This document shows, piece after piece, positions 37,194 through 44,073 of a stretch of 64,000 bases of DNA. Each line of letters begins with the position of its first letter. Position 1 is the stretch's first letter. The stretch spans positions 20,538-84,537 of the forward strand of contig JAJFVD010000014.1 of assembly GCA_021371955.1 (NCBI GenBank). Reading direction: 5' to 3'. The stretch is from Bacteroidales bacterium. GTDB lineage: Bacteria; Bacteroidota; Bacteroidia; Bacteroidales; UBA932. The notes beneath the pieces are model-generated. The model saw nothing but the letters and a program-made list of their open reading frames with translations. It ran no database searches and was not told where the DNA came from. The translations under genes were made by a program, and so were the position numbers.

Positions 37194-38258
37194 CTACAAG
37201 AAGAACAATGCTACCCCTCCAACACTGAGCACTGCTCCTGCGAGCTCAACCAGTGTGATTTTCTTTTTATAGAATAAAATATACGGAACGAGTATTATTA
37301 TGGGGGTTGTTGCCATAATTGTTGATGCTATTGCAGTATTTGTATACTGAACAGCCATCAGCGAAAGAGAAACCCCTACAAACGGGCCGAATATGGCACC
37401 CATAAAGGTTGCGCCCATTGCCTTTTTATCTTTGATACCGGCCCACACGGTTCCGGTCCTGCGAGTAATAAGGATTATCACGGCAAAACCAATTGCACCG
37501 GATATAATCCGCATTTGTGTTGCTGCAAATGGAATGTATGAGGCGACTTCAGATCCCTTTGCTGCAATTGAATAGTGGTTCATCCCTATTTTGCTCAGTA
37601 CAATGCCAAAGCCCTGCCCCAGCGCAGCTCCAATTCCAAGTAGAATCCCCTTTAGCGGCAGATTAAGCTGGACATTTGGCATCAGCTTACCTACAATGTT
37701 CTTTCCGCCGTTTACAACTCCGTATATGGCGCCTTTCTTCTCAACTTTCTCTTCTTCGTCTTTACTTGTTACAACAGCCATATCGCTCACTCCTGCAACT
37801 ATTGCATTATCCTCAATCTTTGACCCTCCCCTCTTTAGAACAGAAATAGCGATACCCAGAAGCGTAACCGTCATACCCACAAATCCCATTGGAGAGAGTT
37901 TTTCCCCAAGGAGGAGCCATCCGAAGAAAGCAGCAAAAGGAGGAGCAAGCGTCATTAGAAGCTGACCGAATCTTGCAGTGATGATTGTATACGAATAAAA
38001 CAGACAGAAGTCCCCAAACACAAACCCAACAAGTCCGGACAGAGACATCCATATCCAGGTGCCGGCATCTGCATTTTGAGGGATGTACGACCCTGTGGTG
38101 AAATAAAGCATTGTACCAAGAAGGAAAAAGCCGAAAAAGAGCCTTAGCAGGTTCACAACTAAAGAGCCGATTCTTTTACCGGCAAATTCAAAAAACAGAG
38201 CCGTGAAAGTCCAGGAGACCGCAACGGAGATTGCTATTAGTTCACCAAAGTTTTGCAT
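37194..38258 (-). CDS. DMT/EamA-family transporter
   Basis: Two EamA repeats of about 5 TM each, joined by a long hydrophilic linker. Confidence 0.85.
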   Translation of the reverse strand: MQNFGELIAISVAVSWTFTALFFEFAGKRIGSLVVNLLRLFFGFFLLGTMLYFTTGSYIPQNADAGTWIWMSLSGLVGFVFGDFCLFYSYTIITARFGQLLMTLAPPFAAFFGWLLLGEKLSPMGFVGMTVTLLGIAISVLKRGGSKIEDNAIVAGVSDMAVVTSKDEEEKVEKKGAIYGVVNGGKNIVGKLMPNVQLNLPLKGILLGIGAALGQGFGIVLSKIGMNHYSIAAKGSEVASYIPFAATQMRIISGAIGFAVIILITRRTGTVWAGIKDKKAMGATFMGAIFGPFVGVSLSLMAVQYTNTAIASTIMATTPIIILVPYILFYKKKITLVELAGAVLSVGGVALFFL

Positions 38259-38345
38259 TCCTATTATTTAAAGAACGCAAATGTAAGAAATAAAATGGCC
38301 ACACAGTTACACCAGACCGCACCACACTTTTTCCACCACACTGTT

Positions 38346-38453
38346 TTCCCCAGGGGAAATATGTTATAATACACACTATCAAGGCATTGTGGCTATTTCT
38401 GAAAACGCATAAACTATTGATTAACTACACTTTAACAAATTTCCCCTGGGGTA
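38346..38453. repeat. Inverted-arm element, copy 7
   Basis: TTCCCCAGGGGAAATATGTTA ... TAACAAATTTCCCCTGGGG; centres 38352/38447 (95). Confidence 0.9.
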
Positions 38454-38460
38454 GACACAC

Positions 38461-38485
38461 AAAGAGCGGCAAAATTTGCCGCTCT
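38461..38485 (-). terminator. Intrinsic terminator after DUF805
   Basis: AGAGCGGCAAA-a-TTTGCCGCTCT hairpin; short T-run on the minus strand. Confidence 0.65.
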
Positions 38486-38510
38486 CGAAATTTCATTTCC
38501 GGAAAAGATT

Positions 38511-38867
38511 TTAAACAGACTGAACAGCCTTAGGGTCAGAACCGTATTGGTTGTCTCCAGCATCTCCTTCCTTCAGGAAAAGAATCAGCAACCAGATCTG
38601 TCCGATTACCGGAATAAGAAAAAGGAGAATGTAGAATCCCGATTTGTTGATGTCGTGCAATCTTCTGAAAGTTACTGCCAGTGTAGGAATTAGTACAAAA
38701 AGAGAATACAGCCCGCCAATGAAGCTATATGTCCACATAATCCTGTCCAGTAACATGATTAGGGCAGAAAAAATTAAGTTAAAAAGCAAAAATACCCAGA
38801 ATTCGGTTCTTCTTGCGCGGCCTTCGAAGCCTGCATAGTTTCTTAAAACTTTCAAATACCACTCCAT
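38511..38867 (-). CDS. DUF805 (YhaH/YhaI-like) membrane protein
   Basis: MEWYLKVLRNYAGFEGRARRTEFW, RRLHD, GDNQYGSDP; start trimmed to ATG 38867. Confidence 0.9.
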   Translation of the reverse strand: MEWYLKVLRNYAGFEGRARRTEFWVFLLFNLIFSALIMLLDRIMWTYSFIGGLYSLFVLIPTLAVTFRRLHDINKSGFYILLFLIPVIGQIWLLILFLKEGDAGDNQYGSDPKAVQSV

Positions 38868-38925
38868 AGTTTTTAGGTTTAAGGGTTTACTCACCAAATT
38901 TAGAATATAAATACCATAATCCCAA

Positions 38926-39035
38926 GTACCCCATAGGAATATTGGTATAACATTGGAATAGCGGCGTTTATGAAACATTCTAAATACCAACAAGTGCCTT
39001 ACTCACAATACTATAACAACATTCCTATGGGGTAC
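38926..39035. repeat. Inverted-arm element, copy 8 (variant arms)
   Basis: GTACCCCATAGGAATATTGGTATA ... TATAACAACATTCCTATGGGGTAC; centres 38933/39028 (95). Confidence 0.8.
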
Positions 39036-39080
39036 GGGGGTTTGGTTTAGTCCTCCCGGACCGAAGAGTTGCTCCTCTCA

Positions 39081-39131
39081 CCCTCGTTTTCCACCTCCGT
39101 TTTCCACCCCGTTTTGCACCCCGTTTTCCCC
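39081..39131 (+). repeat. 4 tandem 12-13-bp units CCCCGTTTTCCA
   Basis: Units start at 39081, 39094, 39107 and 39119; the last runs into the copy 9 left arm. Confidence 0.8.
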
Positions 39132-39233
39132 AGGGGAAATTTGTTATTATGCTGGTATTAATGGCGTTATGAATATTTTGAAAAACAAACAAATCGCTTA
39201 TTTACTGCGTTTTAACAAATTTCCCCTGGGGAA
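39126..39233. repeat. Inverted-arm element, copy 9
   Basis: TTCCCCAGGGGAAATTTGTTA ... TAACAAATTTCCCCTGGGGAA; centres 39132/39227 (95). Confidence 0.9.
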
Positions 39234-39280
39234 AAAGCCTGCCCTGGGTGGGGGTGGGTTCGGGAGGGCCGGCTGCCGGG

Positions 39281-40582
39281 CTACAAATACTCGTCGTATG
39301 CTGCCATGTCGAGCAATCCGTGACCGGAAAGGTTGAACAGAATTACTTCGCTGCGGCCTGCTTCGCGGGCCTTGAGGGCTTCGCGGATTGTAACGGCAAT
39401 TGCATGACAGGATTCCGGTGCAGGAATTATCCCCTCGGTGCGGGCAAAAAGTAGTCCGGCATTAAAGGTTTCGGTCTGTTCCACAGCAACGCTGTTTATA
39501 AAACCATCTGCCTTAAGCTGGCTCACAAGCCTTCCACCACCGTGGTACCTAAGCCCTGCTGCGTGAATCTGATCCGGCGCAAAATCGTGGCCAAGTGTGT
39601 ACATGGGAATAAGCGGTGTCATCCCGGCGGTATCCCCAAAGTCATATTCAAGAACACCCTTTGTGAGTTTTGGACATGCGGCCGGTTCGGCAGCGATGAA
39701 TTCCACCAAAGCCTTCTTACTTCCGGCCGGAGAGGTAAACCTGTGCCTTAAGAACGGGAAGGAAATCCCGGAAAAATTTGAGCCGCCTCCAAAACAAGCA
39801 ATAATTTTGTCGGGATATTCACCTGCAAACTCCATCTGTTTTTCGGCCTCAAGCCCTATTATGGTCTGATGAAGGAGCACATGATCCAGCACGCTGCCGA
39901 GGGTATACCTTGTGTTGGGTTTTGTCACTGCCATCTCAACGGCTTCAGAAATTGCAATTCCCAAACTTCCGCGGCAACCCGGATCTTCACTTAACATTTT
40001 CCTGCCATACTCCGTAATATTTGATGGAGATGCATGAACTGCAGCACCATAGCTGTTCATTACGATTTTACGGTATGGTTTGGCTTCGTAACTCTGTTTA
40101 ACCATAAACACGTTAAGATCCATGCCGAATTGTTTGCACGCTATACTCATTGCCGAGCCCCACTGGCCCGCACCGGTCTCGGTTGTTATGTTGGTGATTC
40201 CCTGTATATGATTGTAGTACGCCTGAGGAATTGCTGAATTCAGTTTGTGGGAGCCAACCGGACTCACGCTTTCGTTCTTGAAATATATTTTTGCCGGGGT
40301 ATCCAGCGCCTTCTCCAGAGCAGTTGCCCTTACAAGAGGTGTTGGCCGGTATATCTTGTACAAATCAAGAACCTCCTCAGGGATATCGTGCCATCGCTCA
40401 GAAGAGAACTCTTGTTCCACAAGTGCTTTAGCAAAAAGACCTTCCATCTCCTGAGGAGTTACAGGTACTTTTGTTTGTGGGTTAAGAAGTGGCTTTGCCT
40501 TGTTAGGCATGTCGGCCGCGATGTTATACCATTGCTTTGGTATTTCGCTCTCCGGGAGCACGATTTTTTTGGTTCTTTTCAT
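39281..40582 (-). CDS. trpB2: Tryptophan synthase beta chain, TrpB2 type (stand-alone)
   Basis: 433 aa; KNESVSPVGSHKLN, TETGAGQWG, GGGSN, NLSGHG; no trpA adjacent. Confidence 0.92.
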   Translation of the reverse strand: MKRTKKIVLPESEIPKQWYNIAADMPNKAKPLLNPQTKVPVTPQEMEGLFAKALVEQEFSSERWHDIPEEVLDLYKIYRPTPLVRATALEKALDTPAKIYFKNESVSPVGSHKLNSAIPQAYYNHIQGITNITTETGAGQWGSAMSIACKQFGMDLNVFMVKQSYEAKPYRKIVMNSYGAAVHASPSNITEYGRKMLSEDPGCRGSLGIAISEAVEMAVTKPNTRYTLGSVLDHVLLHQTIIGLEAEKQMEFAGEYPDKIIACFGGGSNFSGISFPFLRHRFTSPAGSKKALVEFIAAEPAACPKLTKGVLEYDFGDTAGMTPLIPMYTLGHDFAPDQIHAAGLRYHGGGRLVSQLKADGFINSVAVEQTETFNAGLLFARTEGIIPAPESCHAIAVTIREALKAREAGRSEVILFNLSGHGLLDMAAYDEYL

Positions 40583-40607
40583 TTTAAAAAGATTTTAATT
40601 TGAATTT

Positions 40608-40717
40608 GCACCCCAGGGGTTTCATGGTAAAACCCTGAGATTCTTATATTTAATAATTAACCATGTTTTTCATAACATCTTGTTTTTCTTCATCTTACCA
40701 TTTGACCCCAGGGGTGC
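40608..40717. repeat. Inverted-arm element, copy 10
   Basis: GCACCCCAGGGGTTTCATGGTAA ... TTACCATTTGACCCCAGGGGTGC; centres 40615/40710 (95). Confidence 0.85.
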
Positions 40718-40772
40718 TGGCTCTCTTGTTTTTCACCACTTGAGTCAGATATCCGGTCTCTGAGGCAGGCAT

Positions 40773-40804
40773 AAAAAAAGAGTCCGATGCGTGAGCACCG
40801 GACC
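40773..40804 (-). terminator. Attenuator terminator of the trpB2 leader
   Basis: Minus strand GGTCCGGTGC-tcac-GCATCGGACT-C-TTTTTTT. Confidence 0.85.
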
Positions 40805-40839
40805 CTGTATAATATGGTTTAGTAAAATCTACCTATAAC

Positions 40840-40929
40840 CTACCTATCAATACACATACAGCTTAGCTCACAAACCGGATAAAGTCTGTGCCACCACCAT
40901 GATTGTGTATTAAGAAGTGCGCTATTCAT
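40840..40929 (-). CDS. trpL: Trp attenuator leader peptide (29 aa), absent from the ORF track
   Basis: MNSALLNTQSWWWHRLYPVCELSCMCIDR*; three consecutive TGG codons at 40899-40891. Confidence 0.85.
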   Translation of the reverse strand: MNSALLNTQSWWWHRLYPVCELSCMCIDR

Positions 40930-40933
40930 ACTG

Positions 40934-40941
40934 CAAATGTA
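40934..40941 (-). promoter_or_regulatory. Bacteroidota -7 promoter box for the trp leader
   Basis: TACATTTG on the minus strand, 4 nt before the leader ATG. Confidence 0.7.
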
Positions 40942-40991
40942 AATAAAATTTGAATCTCTGATAATTTTTTTTGTGCACCACACAGAACTTT

Positions 40992-41099
40992 TTCCTCAGG
41001 GGAAATTTGTTACTATACAGACATTCAGAACATTATACCTTTTTCAAGTAGACAGCAAGTTATTGATTAACTGCGCTTTAACAAATTTCCCCTGGGGAA
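40992..41099. repeat. Inverted-arm element, copy 11
   Basis: TTCCTCAGGGGAAATTTGTTA ... TAACAAATTTCCCCTGGGGAA; centres 40998/41093 (95). Confidence 0.9.
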
Positions 41100-42127
41100 A
41101 AACTTTGGGGGGCCGTTGCCCGCACCATTCTTTCACGGCCATTTATGTCACTCCTAAGTAGAATGTTGGAATATCCGTGCGAGGACAGCATTTCAACAGT
41201 CTCTTTGCCAAGGGATTCATTAATTTCAAGAAAGAGCAGACCTCCAGGGCGGAGTAATTCGACACCCCAGATTGCAAGTGCTTCATAAAAAATGAGCGGA
41301 TTGTTGTCCGGGACGAAAAGTGCCAAAGAGGGTTCATAATCCAGAACATTTTTATGCATCAGAGCCCTTTCCGATTCTCGTATATACGGAGGGTTGCTTA
41401 TTAAAACATCGAGAGAAGCGTGTCCGATGAGTGTCTGGCTCAGAGGTCCGGCAAGCAGATCCCCATAAAATTGCCTGGGCACGACTGAGTGTGGGCTGGA
41501 AGTTTTAGCCCCAAAAGAGGTTATATTTTTGCCACCTTTTTCGTGAGAAATATTCTTTTCCCGCCAAATCCCTGAGATGTTAATCGTTGAAACTTCAAGC
41601 GCATCCTTAGAAATATCGCACATAAACACTTCCGAACCTGGTAGTTCACATGCCAGCGAAATGCCGATGCATCCCGATCCGCATGCAGCATCAAGTATTC
41701 GCATTGGCCTGTCATTATTAAGTGCTTGACTTGTCCTGCCTAGATGGGATGATTTGTATTGTTTAGAAAGCTGTGAATTCGTTGTGTTTATCATTTCCGA
41801 GATTTCTTCAACTGTCCATCTGACCAGTTCTTCGGTTTCTGGACGGGGTATTAGGACACCCTCTTTTACAAAAAACTTATGCCCGCAAAATTCTTCAAAG
41901 CCCAGCACATACTGGAGGGGGCGGGCGGCAGCAAGCTGCCCGGCAGCACTATTCAGAAGCGATAGCTTCTCATCTGGAATTTCGCCAGAAGGCTCCACAA
42001 TATGTTCATAAGAACTCAGCCCGCAAAAGTGCTGCAATAGCCTCACGGCTATCGCCCGCCCCTCCTCTCTCGGATAAACCTTCTCGAGCACCTCTTCCGT
42101 CCTGTCTATGAACTCTTTGTAAACCAT
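41078..42127 (-). CDS. prmC: Peptide chain release factor N5-glutamine methyltransferase
   Basis: PLQYVLG, LIPRPETEEL, LDAACGSG, NPPY; stop codon lies inside element copy 11. Confidence 0.93.
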   Translation of the reverse strand: MVYKEFIDRTEEVLEKVYPREEGRAIAVRLLQHFCGLSSYEHIVEPSGEIPDEKLSLLNSAAGQLAAARPLQYVLGFEEFCGHKFFVKEGVLIPRPETEELVRWTVEEISEMINTTNSQLSKQYKSSHLGRTSQALNNDRPMRILDAACGSGCIGISLACELPGSEVFMCDISKDALEVSTINISGIWREKNISHEKGGKNITSFGAKTSSPHSVVPRQFYGDLLAGPLSQTLIGHASLDVLISNPPYIRESERALMHKNVLDYEPSLALFVPDNNPLIFYEALAIWGVELLRPGGLLFLEINESLGKETVEMLSSHGYSNILLRSDINGRERMVRATAPQSFSPGEIC

Positions 42128-42221
42128 TAAAAAACTATTTTTGTCAGATAAAATTTAGAATCGGAAATCACGCAAAGTTAGAATATTTAGCTACATTTGG
42201 TTAACCCTAAAAACATCAGAC

Positions 42222-43910
42222 ATGAAGATAAATTTCAGGACAGTTTTAGACAACCTTACGGTAATAATTGTCCGCAATCCGGTTGAGATTCTTATCTCGG
42301 TAGCGTTCTTCATTCTATCCGCCCTTACATATGAGAATATTATGGATATGAAAATTTACGGCGAAAATCTTTTTCTTGCTCCGTTAATTTTTGCTAACTC
42401 ATTCATTCTCAACAAACTTTACCCACGAGGGTATAAAAGAGTTATATATTTTATGTCAGCATTATTTATAGCTATTCCATTTATTGTTGATGCCGAACAC
42501 TGGATTTTCTCCGGAGCCTATCCGGCCACTCTTGCAATAGCTGCTGCAGGCATAGCCGTTTACAAGAACCTGCGTAGCAACGAACATTTTGTAAAAGACA
42601 TACTTGTTTTTGTCAAAGAGCTAATTTACACAATGATTATAGCAACTGCCGTCTTTCTTGTTTTAATGGCAATTGTATTTTCGGCAATATATCTGTTTGA
42701 CCTGTTTAAAGAAAGCTCAAAAGACTTTGCTTACTACATTTCCTGCTCCTGCTTTATAATTCTCGCCCCTGTAATATTTCTTTATCTGCATGCCGGATTT
42801 GACAATAAGGATGAGTTCCGGGTTTCAAAAATCTTTGAGTTCCTGATAGACTATATTCTCGCTCCGGCTTTGATTATTTACACTGCGATTCTCTATTTGT
42901 ACATTGCAAAAATTACTGTTACATGGTCTTTGCCTAAAGGCAATCTTGCCTATATGGTCTTCGCTTTCATAATATCCGCAATAGTAATAAAAGCCATTAT
43001 CCCGTTGCTGGGCAAACGCCTGTTCAGCGGTTTTTTCAACTCTTTCAGCCTGATAGCAATTCCTCCCCTCGTACTATTTTGGATAGGAGCCATTTACCGA
43101 ATTAAACAATACGGATATACCGAAGAGCGCGTGTATCTTCTTGTATGTGGAGCAATCATGACGCTTACCGTGATTCTTTTCCTCACAAAAAAATACGATA
43201 AGTACCTCTTTGTTGGATATATAACAATTGTTCTGCTCGCTCTGTTCTCTTACATTCCCCCCATTTCTGCCAAAAATATTGGTCTAAGATCGCAGACAGC
43301 TCAATTCAAATCCATCGCCTCCGATCTTAAAATGATAGGTACCGACGGAAAACTTTCAGCCCCTCCTCAGATACTTACCGATTCGGTATCAAAAGCAAAA
43401 TTCGACCGCATGTATGATATTAATCGTTACCTCGACAGGCATTCGAATGAGATTAATCCTAAGGACATTACCGGATACGAAAACGCAGGCAATATGCGCA
43501 CAGAGTTCAGCAAATGGTTTACATATCAACCTTACAACCGCAGTTCAATTCAGGGTAAGAAGGGAGAGTTTTCGATGGAAGGATTCAGTAAATTAAACGT
43601 GGATGTAAGTTTTTCAATCGTTAAGGACAGCATGCTGATATTAAATTCCGGCGGAGATGTTATTTGCCGCGCCCCGCGCTCCTTTGTTGACTCCCTGTTC
43701 GCCGCAAGACTGCAGGCGGAGAATATGCAAAAAGCTAAAATGCCGACAGACGGTTCTCCATCGGAAAGCGGGATGAAGCAACCGGCTCAGTATTCCGATT
43801 CGCTTCTCTATATGGACATCAATAATTACAGAATTGTTTTCAGCGAGATAAAATTCGATAAAGAGAAGAAAGTCTCAACCGCACATATCAAGGCATTGCT
43901 GATACGGTGA
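42222..43910 (+). CDS. Polytopic membrane protein, DUF4153-like
   Basis: Many TM helices; ILYLYIAKI..TWSLPKG, RIKQYGYTEER patterns. Confidence 0.7.
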   Translation: MKINFRTVLDNLTVIIVRNPVEILISVAFFILSALTYENIMDMKIYGENLFLAPLIFANSFILNKLYPRGYKRVIYFMSALFIAIPFIVDAEHWIFSGAYPATLAIAAAGIAVYKNLRSNEHFVKDILVFVKELIYTMIIATAVFLVLMAIVFSAIYLFDLFKESSKDFAYYISCSCFIILAPVIFLYLHAGFDNKDEFRVSKIFEFLIDYILAPALIIYTAILYLYIAKITVTWSLPKGNLAYMVFAFIISAIVIKAIIPLLGKRLFSGFFNSFSLIAIPPLVLFWIGAIYRIKQYGYTEERVYLLVCGAIMTLTVILFLTKKYDKYLFVGYITIVLLALFSYIPPISAKNIGLRSQTAQFKSIASDLKMIGTDGKLSAPPQILTDSVSKAKFDRMYDINRYLDRHSNEINPKDITGYENAGNMRTEFSKWFTYQPYNRSSIQGKKGEFSMEGFSKLNVDVSFSIVKDSMLILNSGGDVICRAPRSFVDSLFAARLQAENMQKAKMPTDGSPSESGMKQPAQYSDSLLYMDINNYRIVFSEIKFDKEKKVSTAHIKALLIR

Positions 43911-44073
43911 CGCAGTTTGAGGTAAACATCGCATTGATACATAATACACTATCAAGCACTTACTAAAAAGTAGCATCTAAGATGCCATCCTTTTTAGTAA
44001 TCAATTAACAATCTGAGCATTGCAGGTCATGTTCGATTTGCACAAATTTATTTCGGACGAAACCGGCAGTCCC

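Noticed and set aside
38868-38993. 42-aa N-terminal extension of the DUF805 ORF
   Set aside because: Overlaps element copy 8; the family-typical start is MEWYLKVL at 38867.
14547-41099. Inverted-arm elements as integron attC sites with gene cassettes
   Set aside because: attC has RYYYAAC on the left and GTTRRRY on the right; here GTT is left and AAC is right. Flanking genes are in mixed orientations, include housekeeping genes, and no integrase is present.
14547-41099. Elements or their tandem flanks as a CRISPR array
   Set aside because: Repeats are inverted pairs dispersed between genes; tandem units have no unique spacers; no cas genes in the window.
14547-41099. Elements as invertible promoters
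   Set aside because: No TAnnTTTG box was found in interiors or arms, and copies occur between convergent genes and after stop codons. Inversion itself cannot be excluded without reads.
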